From: a virus
Lineage: Duplodnaviria; Caudoviricetes
Reading direction: 5' to 3' (one strand)
IMG/VR virus record: IMGVR_UViG_3300009787_000007
Span: 22,346 to 86,345 of that record
Length of the DNA stretch: 64,000 nucleotides
Of the stretch, positions 1 to 9,101 are shown one piece after another. Positions within the stretch are counted from its first letter, which is position 1; the number at the start of each line of letters is the position of its first letter. Under the pieces are notes generated by a model that saw only the letters and a list, made by a program, of their open reading frames with translations, made no database searches and was not told where the DNA came from. Both the position numbers and the translations under genes were made by a program.

Positions 1-317
1 CCTTCTAATAACTGATTACTTGTAAATGTGCTTCCAGTTAGAAAATTTATAATAGTATATGAATCTGCATTATCAAATAAATTACTATTCCTACTATATA
101 ATTTCTGATTACTATTAAATACTAATCCTTCATTACCATTTATACTAGGAAATAATGTACTATTACTCTGTATAAAATCATAATTAGTATTTCCTATTAA
201 ATTAACTAATGTAAATATTCCACTACTATTTATATAAACATTATTTGTATCTGTACCATCTAAACATACTTTACAGGTTAAATTATTATTGCTTATATAA
301 TCTAATGTAGTTTGCAT
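1..317 (-). CDS. Partial structural protein, truncated by the window edge (MQTTLDYISNNNLTCKVCLDGTDTNNVY...)
   Basis: Hand translation: ATG at 317-315 overlaps the TAA of the upstream ORF (TAATG coupling), and the frame stays open for about 105 codons to position 1. N/S/T-rich like the neighbouring LamG proteins. Absent from the ORF track. Confidence 0.75.
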   Translation of the reverse strand, partial: MQTTLDYISNNNLTCKVCLDGTDTNNVYINSSGIFTLVNLIGNTNYDFIQSNSTLFPSINGNEGLVFNSNQKLYSRNSNLFDNADSYTIINFLTGSTFTSNQLLE

Positions 318-715
318 TAAAAATCAACCATATATTTAGTATATATAGACATATCAGCAGTTTTCTTCTTTCTTCTCCATTTAGGATTAGTATCTTTCTC
401 TCCTCTACCACTAACATTTGTTCCTGGTAATGCTACATTAAGTAATGCTGATTCATCATCTAAGTCTGTTTGTTCACTAGCTGGTGGTATATATTTCTCA
501 TTCATTGCATAATCTAAATTCTGTGCATCTTGAGTAGTAACCTTTACATTACCTTTATCTACTGGTGTACCTTCAGCAGTTCCTTTCATTACATCTTTAC
601 CTTTAGAATCAGTTCCAGGATTAGATTTACCTTTCGCATATACCTTGGTATTCATAGCTTTCTTATTAGGATTACTTACACTAGGCATCGCTTCTGTATT
701 TGTATATAATTTCAT
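317..715 (-). CDS. Hydrophilic hypothetical protein, possibly an internal head protein
   Basis: 132-aa ORF with genome-typical codon use. C-terminus KKKTADM...KYMVDF resembles the linker motifs of the 41-49 kb cluster. Confidence 0.7.
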   Translation of the reverse strand: MKLYTNTEAMPSVSNPNKKAMNTKVYAKGKSNPGTDSKGKDVMKGTAEGTPVDKGNVKVTTQDAQNLDYAMNEKYIPPASEQTDLDDESALLNVALPGTNVSGRGEKDTNPKWRRKKKTADMSIYTKYMVDF

Positions 716-796
716 ATATTCTATATTTATTAATTTTATTAGATTACTTGTATTGCTTACGTTACTTATGATATTTATATTATTAATACTATTCTA

Positions 797-1153
797 CTAT
801 ACAAATACTATCTGATTTATTGAACCTATTACACTTATATAGTTTGTAATTGATGCAAAAGCACTTATTACTACTGAACCTGTAAATCTTAGACCATTTA
901 TAACTGGAATTAGACCTCTACCTGTAGGAATAACTAAACTCATTTGTTGATATATTGAATTACCACCAAATAATATAGTTAATGAACTATCTGAAGCACC
1001 ATAATTATATGCACTTAACCATATTTCATCATAATTAGTTGATGAAGCTGTATGGATTAAAGTAGGTGAAGATGCAGTAGTAGCAGTAATATTTATAGGT
1101 AGAAAATTAGTTGAATTAGATAATGTAGCTATTTGATATGTCGCAGTAGTCAT
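797..1153 (-). CDS. Small beta-rich virion protein of a family I recall from aquatic tailed phages
   Basis: Pattern T.IHTA...DEIWL.A.N......LTI.FGG ... GL......VISAFA...N.I.V.G.INQI, recognised from memory. Confidence 0.6.
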   Translation of the reverse strand: MTTATYQIATLSNSTNFLPINITATTASSPTLIHTASSTNYDEIWLSAYNYGASDSSLTILFGGNSIYQQMSLVIPTGRGLIPVINGLRFTGSVVISAFASITNYISVIGSINQIVFV

Positions 1154-1250
1154 AATTATAATTAGTTTTAGTTAAAATATTATATCATCTTAAATCTTAT
1201 ATAAATTATATATTATAATCTTAGGTAATGTTACTAATTACTAAGATTAA

Positions 1251-1784
1251 ATGATTGATTATACTAAGATTGACTATACAAAAGAGAATAATATTATTGT
1301 AGGAATAGATCCAGGTGTACAACATATAGGTATAGCTATATTTGATATATTAAATCCTCAGAATATTATTACAATGGAATATTCTTTAGAAAAGAAGAAA
1401 TCAGCTTACTTTTTACTATATATGTTCTTTATAGAAGATGTTATAGATACGTATAAACCTAGTTATGTAGTTATTGAAAAACCATTCTTTACTCCTAAAA
1501 CATTAGCTAATAATATTAGAACACTAGAAGTAATAGGTATAATTAAAACTGCTTGTCAAACACCTGAAGTTATAATACCAACTACTGAATTATCACCTTG
1601 TACTATTAAAAAACGTATTACAGGAACTGGTAAAGCTAAGAAAGATGATGTAATAAAATCAGTTAGAAAACATTATCCTAATACTTCTTTCTCTAGTCAT
1701 ACTGCTGATGCTTTAAGCGTAGCTCTAACTTTCTATGCTGAAAAAGAATCTATTAATATAGAACAAATATTTATCGAAGATTAG
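1251..1784 (+). CDS. ruvC: RuvC-like Holliday junction resolvase
   Basis: IVGIDPG (catalytic D), VVIEKPF (E), P.TIKK.ITG.GKA.KDDV and ADALSVA motifs. Confidence 0.9.
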   Translation: MIDYTKIDYTKENNIIVGIDPGVQHIGIAIFDILNPQNIITMEYSLEKKKSAYFLLYMFFIEDVIDTYKPSYVVIEKPFFTPKTLANNIRTLEVIGIIKTACQTPEVIIPTTELSPCTIKKRITGTGKAKKDDVIKSVRKHYPNTSFSSHTADALSVALTFYAEKESINIEQIFIED

Positions 1785-2531
1785 TTATTTCTTCTTCTTA
1801 TCAGCTACTTTAATCATATTCTCTATTAATGAAGTAGCTTTATTAAATATTCTTTGTATCTGTCTATCACCTATTATACTTTTTTCACATGGTTTGAAAT
1901 AATGTAATTGCATAATTCCATATATATTATCATTACCAAACTGTAACAATCTAGTATATACAGTGCTTATACTTAATGAATCTAAGTATTTCTTACATTT
2001 AGGATCTAACTTAGAATCATCTACGTCTATTCTCATAAATTCTTCTGAATTACCTAATAATATCTCAGCTTCTATATGTTCTATAGCTATATCCTTTACT
2101 GTAGTCTTTAATGATACAATACCGTCTTTAACAGCTTCATATACTAATGACATCTTAGTAAAATGTATATTACCTATCGTAGTTCCATTATGAAATAATC
2201 CTACTGCTACTCTATCACATGCTGTAATAGCTCTAATCTCATGTAGTAAGTTCTCTATCTCAGTCTTCTTAGCTAAATCTCTCTTACTTACAAAAGCTAA
2301 TATATCCTTTGTAGCTACTTTTAATATGCTTAACCTGTTCATCCATTGTTGTACTAACACTAATGCTGTACTTAATAATATAGCTCCATCAAATAGATGA
2401 TTCACTAACGGTGTATCAGTTTTATAATTCTTTGCTATATCTTTTAATGCTTGTACTTCTTGTATCGTTACAGGATTACTATTCTCTGTATTAGCTATTA
2501 AATATTGTCTGTAATTACTAAAATCTTTCAT
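1785..2531 (-). CDS. Single-TM plus GAF-domain protein; candidate T4-T-like holin
   Basis: Hydrophobic segment LFDGAILLSTALVLVQQW, then a GAF pattern: CDRVAVGLF...SLVYEAV...RIDVDD..LDPKCKKYL..LSI...L...IYGIMQLHY. Confidence 0.65.
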   Translation of the reverse strand: MKDFSNYRQYLIANTENSNPVTIQEVQALKDIAKNYKTDTPLVNHLFDGAILLSTALVLVQQWMNRLSILKVATKDILAFVSKRDLAKKTEIENLLHEIRAITACDRVAVGLFHNGTTIGNIHFTKMSLVYEAVKDGIVSLKTTVKDIAIEHIEAEILLGNSEEFMRIDVDDSKLDPKCKKYLDSLSISTVYTRLLQFGNDNIYGIMQLHYFKPCEKSIIGDRQIQRIFNKATSLIENMIKVADKKKK

Positions 2532-2584
2532 TTTATATTCTCTTATATATCTATTTACATTTAACTGATTTACATCTATTTATA

Positions 2585-3385
2585 TTAGAATGTTATACCT
2601 TTATTAAGATAATTAGTTTTAGTATAGCTAAAGTTATTTATTCTTTCTACTAAACTTAAGCATCTATTATATATTCTTAACATAGCAATACTACCGTTTA
2701 AATATCCGTCACTACTCCAATTACTTTTACCTATATAATTACTAGTTCTAGTAATATTAGCTGGTATAGCACTAGTTACACCTGATGCTACATTAACTAA
2801 ATTTATATATAAGTTCATTGTTGTACTAGCTAATGTACTTTGTATATATATCCATTTATATAATGGTACTAATATACTACTAGTAATTAATCCTTCGCCA
2901 TATATCTCTGTATATGGATATCCACTACTATTACATGCACTTAGATCAACATTATTATTAGCTTGACCATTTCCTATATCTATCAACTTAGCATTTTGAG
3001 TATAATTTTTTAGTAAATATAATACTTCAACTGTATAATCTCCACTAAACCATATATTACTTGGTAAACTAACATATTGACTATTATTACTATTAAAATC
3101 TAATCCTATAGTGCTATTTACACTCCATGTAGGTGCATTAGTGCCATTAGCTAAAGTACCATTTAATCCATTACCTGAATAATCAGTTAAACTATTACCT
3201 GAACCATTATCGAATTGATAATTAGCTAATAATCCACTAGTTACTATGCTATTTACACTTCCTGAACCAAATAAATTCTGTTTACTTATCGTAGCTGTCT
3301 GCAATCCTACACTATCATAAATTAGGAATAAATCATTGTTAGCTATACTACTTTTACTGTTATACTGCGGTATCGTTTTTCCCAT
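2585..3385 (-). CDS. LamG/concanavalin-A-like domain virion protein
   Basis: GLLANYQFDNGSGNSLTDYSGNGLNGTL...GLDFN...YIG.SNW.SD.YLNGSIAMLRIYNRCLS, a LamG_3 signature. Confidence 0.8.
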   Translation of the reverse strand: MGKTIPQYNSKSSIANNDLFLIYDSVGLQTATISKQNLFGSGSVNSIVTSGLLANYQFDNGSGNSLTDYSGNGLNGTLANGTNAPTWSVNSTIGLDFNSNNSQYVSLPSNIWFSGDYTVEVLYLLKNYTQNAKLIDIGNGQANNNVDLSACNSSGYPYTEIYGEGLITSSILVPLYKWIYIQSTLASTTMNLYINLVNVASGVTSAIPANITRTSNYIGKSNWSSDGYLNGSIAMLRIYNRCLSLVERINNFSYTKTNYLNKGITF

Positions 3386-3412
3386 AAAATTTTATGTATT
3401 ACTAATGTACCA

Positions 3413-6400
3413 TTAACTTAATATGTAATTACCATATTCATCAACTATAGCATTAGTTCCATCACTAAGATAAGTTTGATTATTACTAACATAATCAGTT
3501 AAAACATTATAAAAACTATAATTTTCTAACTGAAAATATCTTAGTAAAACATTTTCTATAGTTAATATCTCATTCTGTTGTAAGGCTCTATTATACATAA
3601 CTAAACCATAAAATAATCCATTTAATCCTATTCCAGTCTTACTATTTCCTATTTCACTAATGTTTAAATTAGTATTACTTACAAAACTTAATACTTGAAT
3701 ATTAGTAGAATCTAGTAAATCACTTAAATTAGCTGCATTACTATTCTGTCTAACTTGAACTATATTCTGTGTAACTGTACTACCATCATTAGAATATAAA
3801 TCAATTACATTATTAAAATTAGATATTAATATATCTGAATCACTCTTAGATATTGAATATCCATAATCATTACTTCCATTAAAACTTATTGGAGTAGTAT
3901 AATTATCACTTATAAAATATATGTAAACTTTATTCTCTATCGGACTAGCTATAGCTATATTCTTATTATTATCTATATCAACTGCATATCCATAATTACT
4001 ATATACACTATTTAATGTCTTTACTAATGTAACTGTATAATTATTGTTTATATTACTAAAATTTAATGAATATACTAATACATTTGAACTAGTGTAATTA
4101 CTAATAATTAAATTTAGACCATCTTTAGAGAGATAAAAATCTTGTACGTTAGAAAATGTATTAACTATAGTCCATGTATTACTAATTAAGTTATATAGTC
4201 TTAAATTCTGACTATCTAGAGCTAATATAGCTAATAATGTTCCATCACTAGATACTTTTAACTTATATCCAAAGTTAGTATCTGAGTTAGTTATTATAGC
4301 TGTAGGAATAGCTGACCATATACCACTAGTTCTAGTAAATTCATACACTTTATTACTACTAATTTCATTTACATATATTCTTTGATAATCATCTCTTATA
4401 CATACTGCATTACCAAATCCTCCATAATATGGTGATGGAACAGGACTACTTAAATCTAAATCTTTACTCCATATACCATTATTTTCTAACCATACTTGTA
4501 CTCTACCTGCTCCTGTATCAGCATTCTTTATTCCTATTACTAATGCTGTACCATCTTCATTAAAATCAAATACAGTATTATATGAATAATTAATATCAGT
4601 TATTCCAGTATTTAATGTTATATAATTACTATTCCATATTCCACTATCATTTTTAGTATATAAATATAAAACGTTATTTACTTCATCACTTACTGCATAG
4701 GCATTACCAGATTTAGATATACATACATTAAACGATTTTATAGCTAATGTATTTATCTTTGAATAATCATTACTAGCTAAATATAAATTACCTACTAATT
4801 CTCCATTTACTCCACCATTAAATGTATAACTATTACTATCTCCTACATAAACTCTATACTCAACTAAATTTAACTCTTTATATATGAAAAATATTGTTTG
4901 TACATTACTATATTCTTTATTTAAACTAATTACATCATTTACACTATTTAATATATAACAATTACCTAAATCTATATTATTAACTAAACTAGCTGAGGTA
5001 GTAGCTGTATTACTATTATTAATATTAACTAAACTTCCTGCATTAGTAAATTTATTGACTATATAAGCATCATTAAAATTAGCTACACTACTTAATTGAT
5101 TTAGTAACCATGTACTATTAAATAAATTAGTATCAACTATATATATTAGATAATTATGAGTAGTTAAATTGTTAGTTATAGTTAATTTAAATCTTCTTTT
5201 ATATTCATTCTGTAATATATTACTTAAACTAATACTGAAACTAATTTGATTAGTATTAGCTTCCATTACTAATGTATTACTACTAATATTAATATCATTT
5301 AATACTAAATCAGTATAATTTATACTATTACTTAGATTACTATCAGTCATATTACTATCAATTAAACTAACTTGAATACTATAAGTAATATTATAATTCT
5401 TTATTCCATTTTGAACTATATAAAATAAATTAAAACTATTTAAACTAATTACAAATTCTCCTGATAAATTAAAATCTAATTTATCTATCTCTCTATTACT
5501 AAATATATTAAATTCATCTCTGTAATTTACTATCGCATTAGAATATATCTTATTTAACACTGTATTACTAGAACAATATGTTAAATAATTACTAAGATAT
5601 TTTCTACCATAAGATATATTAAATGTCTTTAAATATAAAACTGAATTAATATTTATATTAGCATTGACATTATAATTGAATGAATAAGCTATAGTAGGAG
5701 GTATTCTAAGATTTATTACTGAACTATATTGTTTAATTCCATTTACATATAATTCAATAGTTCTTAAATTATAATTAGAACTATCATTAAATACTTGTAA
5801 TGTTAAATAATTATAATAATCTAATACTATTCCATCTAAATTTAATATATTGACTATATTACTTCCATTAACTTTATATATAAACTGAATAATATTTAAA
5901 CTAGTATTATATATAAAATAATAATATTGATTATTACTTAATAACCAATTAGATATTATAACTATATTCTGATTACTACCATTTATTGAAGTAATTGTAT
6001 TACTTAATATTTTAAATTGTACTTCTAATGTAAATTCTAGTGGATGTTCTATATCTCTACTAGGATATAATGTTAATCCTTGATTATTATTTATAAATCC
6101 TAAATTTAGATTACTAGGATATATATACCAATTCTCATTAATTCCATCATAATATGTAGCACTGTATGTACTTGAATTAGTAATATTAAAATTATTAATT
6201 ATAGTAGGTAATACTAAAACATTACTACAGTAATCATAATTGTGTAAATTAACTAAGTAATATAAACTATTCTCTGTTACACTGTTTTGTACTAAATATT
6301 GTCTAACTAAAGGATTTGTATTACTAATATTATTCTGATTATTACTAACTAAAGACGTTATATTAGGATATAAATTAGTAACTGATGTTCCATTAGTATT

Positions 6401-7057
6401 AATGATTTGATAATTACTAAGATTAGCTGAAAGATAAGATGTAGTAGCACTAATATCTTCTTTACCTAAATATAAATTACCTTTAGGAATATTATGATAA
6501 TAATTATTAATTTGAGAAGTCTGTTCTAAGTTTAAATATAAAGTAATTACATTGTATTTTCTAACTAATGCTATATGACTCCAAGTAGATATACTTTGAA
6601 CTAGGGATAAGTATCTAATATCATATTTGTAAACATTAGAACTGATATTAACTTCAATAAGTCTAGATATAACTAACTTAGATAAAGTTAAATTATAACT
6701 AATTGAGAATAATGTATAAGTATTAGTTAAATCATAGATAGATAACAAAGGATAGTAATTAGTAGAATTACTAAGTAAGTATAAGAATGTCTGGAAAGTA
6801 TAGTTATATGAAATATCTAAGTATATAGACTGTATAAAACCTGAATTAAATTTAACACTAGAATTATCTAATAAGTAATTAGTAGTATCTAATGAACAGT
6901 TAGTATAACTTAAGATATTACTATCAGAAAGTGTATTAATTAAAGGTAAGTATAAATTACTGTAAGTTAGTGAACTATCAACAGTAGTAGTTAAAGTATT
7001 ATATGAAGTTAAAGAAGGTAATTTATATTGATCTATATTTCTTTTATGTCTATACAT
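3413..7057 (-). CDS. Large fibre/adhesin-like virion protein (LamG domains plus FG-GAP-like beta-propeller)
   Basis: WSHIALVRK...TLYLN LamG pattern; repeated FGNAVCIRDD / FGYKLKVSSDG / YGYAVDID / YGYSISKS blades; C-terminal LFYGLVMYNRAL. Confidence 0.7.
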   Translation of the reverse strand: MYRHKRNIDQYKLPSLTSYNTLTTTVDSSLTYSNLYLPLINTLSDSNILSYTNCSLDTTNYLLDNSSVKFNSGFIQSIYLDISYNYTFQTFLYLLSNSTNYYPLLSIYDLTNTYTLFSISYNLTLSKLVISRLIEVNISSNVYKYDIRYLSLVQSISTWSHIALVRKYNVITLYLNLEQTSQINNYYHNIPKGNLYLGKEDISATTSYLSANLSNYQIINTNGTSVTNLYPNITSLVSNNQNNISNTNPLVRQYLVQNSVTENSLYYLVNLHNYDYCSNVLVLPTIINNFNITNSSTYSATYYDGINENWYIYPSNLNLGFINNNQGLTLYPSRDIEHPLEFTLEVQFKILSNTITSINGSNQNIVIISNWLLSNNQYYYFIYNTSLNIIQFIYKVNGSNIVNILNLDGIVLDYYNYLTLQVFNDSSNYNLRTIELYVNGIKQYSSVINLRIPPTIAYSFNYNVNANININSVLYLKTFNISYGRKYLSNYLTYCSSNTVLNKIYSNAIVNYRDEFNIFSNREIDKLDFNLSGEFVISLNSFNLFYIVQNGIKNYNITYSIQVSLIDSNMTDSNLSNSINYTDLVLNDINISSNTLVMEANTNQISFSISLSNILQNEYKRRFKLTITNNLTTHNYLIYIVDTNLFNSTWLLNQLSSVANFNDAYIVNKFTNAGSLVNINNSNTATTSASLVNNIDLGNCYILNSVNDVISLNKEYSNVQTIFFIYKELNLVEYRVYVGDSNSYTFNGGVNGELVGNLYLASNDYSKINTLAIKSFNVCISKSGNAYAVSDEVNNVLYLYTKNDSGIWNSNYITLNTGITDINYSYNTVFDFNEDGTALVIGIKNADTGAGRVQVWLENNGIWSKDLDLSSPVPSPYYGGFGNAVCIRDDYQRIYVNEISSNKVYEFTRTSGIWSAIPTAIITNSDTNFGYKLKVSSDGTLLAILALDSQNLRLYNLISNTWTIVNTFSNVQDFYLSKDGLNLIISNYTSSNVLVYSLNFSNINNNYTVTLVKTLNSVYSNYGYAVDIDNNKNIAIASPIENKVYIYFISDNYTTPISFNGSNDYGYSISKSDSDILISNFNNVIDLYSNDGSTVTQNIVQVRQNSNAANLSDLLDSTNIQVLSFVSNTNLNISEIGNSKTGIGLNGLFYGLVMYNRALQQNEILTIENVLLRYFQLENYSFYNVLTDYVSNNQTYLSDGTNAIVDEYGNYILS

Positions 7058-7214
7058 AGTAAGTAGTAATTAAATTAGTTATATATAATAATTAGTTATA
7101 TTCTACTATACTATATAATATATTAATTTAATACTTATTAGTTACTTATATTTTATTAAGTTAACTCTTTATTAAGAGTAATATAATCTAGAGATGCTAC
7201 GTAGTACCTTGAAA

Positions 7215-7250
7215 GGCGACCCCCGCGCATTATAATTTTTTTTATGTCAA
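7215..7250 (-). promoter_or_regulatory. GC-rich island next to TTGACA-N10-TATAAT in a divergent intergenic region
   Basis: Minus strand reads TTGACA taaaaaaaat TATAAT gcgcgggggtcgcc. 13 of 14 nt at 7215-7228 are G/C. The 10-nt spacer is too short for a canonical sigma70 promoter. Confidence 0.3.
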
Positions 7251-7417
7251 GTCTTTTATTTATTACTATATAATACCATATCTAATTTTATGAAGTAAAT
7301 GAGTATAAATACCTAATTTAAAGATAATATTAGTTATAGATATTATTTATAAGAGGTAATAAAGAAATTAGATTATATAGGATATAGAATAGAGATTAGA
7401 TTAGAGAGGATTAGTAT

Positions 7418-7741
7418 ATGACTTTAGAGTATATAGTAGGTAAGAGAACTAGACCAGCTAAGAAATCTACATTTATTCCGAATAAGTTTGTTAAAAATAG
7501 TGTAAGCAGCAATATTATTTATATAAACTTAAGTAAGATATGGTATAGAAAAGGTGCTAAAGAGGGTAAAGATCCTATGACATGGTATGAAATTAATAAA
7601 GTTAAATCAATATTATACAGTTTACATAAAGAACTAGGATTAAAATATAATGAAATGTTATATATTAAAACTAAAGATATGAGATATATGTATGCTATAA
7701 CGCAAGTAGCTAGATTATATATAGCTTATCTAAATAAATAA
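7418..7741 (+). CDS. Basic hypothetical protein
   Basis: 107-aa ORF in an otherwise empty interval; K/R-rich. Confidence 0.6.
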   Translation: MTLEYIVGKRTRPAKKSTFIPNKFVKNSVSSNIIYINLSKIWYRKGAKEGKDPMTWYEINKVKSILYSLHKELGLKYNEMLYIKTKDMRYMYAITQVARLYIAYLNK

Positions 7742-7804
7742 ATAGTATGTAATGTTCTATAATTAGTATAATCAGTATAAATTAATTTAATATAATATAT
7801 TAAT

Positions 7805-8308
7805 ATGGTATATAATCAATCATTTCAAGATATAACTAATAATCAGCCTTTGTACGAAAAACAAATGCAGTTACAGCAGCAGAATATTACACCAGCTAGG
7901 TCTACAGGAGGCAAGAGAATACCTTTTGCTCAACAATTAGCTAATACACCATCTAGACAGATAGACAGTTCTCAGGCTCAATATTTAACTAATGTAGATA
8001 GACCTAGTAATGCACCACCTTTAGTAACTAAAACTAAACCTTATCAGACAGAAGATTTAAGTCAGTATATAAATACAGTTAAAAGACCTAGTAATGCACC
8101 TGATTTACCTATACAAGCTAAACTTCCTAATCAAGCAGAAGATTTAAGTAAATACATGACTAGTCCTAAGTATGTAAGAACTAGTAAAGCGCCTATAAGG
8201 GATAATCATTTCTTCAGTCAATTACAGAAGAATGCAGAAGAAAGATTAGGTAGTAATAATAATCCTATAAGAAGATTAGGTAGTTTCTTAAATAAGAAGA
8301 TATGGTAG
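7805..8308 (+). CDS. Disordered protein with about 2.5 internal repeats of roughly 28 aa
   Basis: Y..V.RPSNAP.L....P.Q.EDLS occurs twice, followed by a degenerate third copy. Confidence 0.7.
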   Translation: MVYNQSFQDITNNQPLYEKQMQLQQQNITPARSTGGKRIPFAQQLANTPSRQIDSSQAQYLTNVDRPSNAPPLVTKTKPYQTEDLSQYINTVKRPSNAPDLPIQAKLPNQAEDLSKYMTSPKYVRTSKAPIRDNHFFSQLQKNAEERLGSNNNPIRRLGSFLNKKIW

Positions 8309-8324
8309 AAGATATATAAATATA

Positions 8325-8354
8325 TTGACATTAGCTAAAAATTTAATATATAAT
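8325..8354 (+). promoter_or_regulatory. Sigma70-type promoter
   Basis: TTGACA (8325-8330), 18-nt spacer, TATAAT (8349-8354), 35 nt upstream of the ATG at 8390. Confidence 0.7.
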
Positions 8355-8389
8355 AAAAGAGTAAACAATTCTAGATACAGTTTAAACAT

Positions 8390-8953
8390 ATGACTAATTT
8401 TTCAGTTCCAGATAGTACAGATACTACATCAAGTGCTACACAAGATACAGTTGATTTGCTAGTAGCTATCTTTACTCAAATTCAATCAGATACTACAGAA
8501 GTATTAGCTCAAAAGAATCAAGTAATTGATACATTAACAACTAAATATCAAGCTGCATTAACACAAGATGCTGCTGATCAAGCTAGTTTAGCTACTGCTA
8601 ATGCTGAGATTGCACAATTACAAGGTGATGCTAGTAAAGAGGCTACATTGTTAGCTAATCTACAGAATTTCAAAACTACATTAGATAGTGCTTCAAGTGC
8701 TAGTAATACTTCAAGTACATCTACAGTTAGTTCATCTACTCCAGTAAATTCAGGTACAACAAATGTTAGTTCTAATGGTTCTGCTAGTGTTACTTCTACA
8801 GATTCTAGTGCTACTGGAACTACACCAGCTACAGGAAGCACTACAGTTCCCGCTAGTTCAAGTACAGATGGAACAGCAGTAGATAGTTCAACTTCAACAC
8901 CTGCTCAAGTAGCTACATCAGCTAGTGCATCTACAGCAAGTACAGGAAGTTAA
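8390..8953 (+). CDS. Coiled-coil protein with Ser/Thr-rich disordered tail
   Basis: Heptad A/L/Q-rich N-terminal half; the C-terminal 90 or so residues are almost all S/T/A/G/V/P. Confidence 0.8.
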   Translation: MTNFSVPDSTDTTSSATQDTVDLLVAIFTQIQSDTTEVLAQKNQVIDTLTTKYQAALTQDAADQASLATANAEIAQLQGDASKEATLLANLQNFKTTLDSASSASNTSSTSTVSSSTPVNSGTTNVSSNGSASVTSTDSSATGTTPATGSTTVPASSSTDGTAVDSSTSTPAQVATSASASTASTGS

Positions 8954-8958
8954 TAAAA

Positions 8959-9021
8959 ATGTTAGTCTTACTAAAAAGATTAGCTGAATGGATTGAACTA
9001 GTTAGAAAAGTAGATAGTTAG
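8959..9021 (+). CDS. Possible 20-aa amphipathic peptide MLVLLKRLAEWIELVRKVDS
   Basis: Hand translation. Lies between the 8390 ORF stop and the terminator, with AGGA 11 nt upstream. Confidence 0.3.
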   Translation: MLVLLKRLAEWIELVRKVDS

Positions 9022-9047
9022 TCTAAAATTAAAATACTAATAGAATT

Positions 9048-9081
9048 AAACTAAGATAATTAAATTTATCTTAGTTTTTTT
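9048..9081. terminator. Intrinsic terminator between convergent genes
   Basis: 12-bp inverted repeat aaactaagataa / ttatcttagttt with a 6-nt loop and a T7 tract on the plus strand. Confidence 0.7.
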
Positions 9082-9101
9082 ATTGTTTATCTATTTTCTA
9101 A

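Noticed and set aside
7215-7228. Lambda-like cos site (GGCGACC match)
   Set aside because: Only 7 nt match, it is far from the terminase genes, and the TerL/portal types do not suggest lambda-type cohesive ends. Kept only as a GC island.
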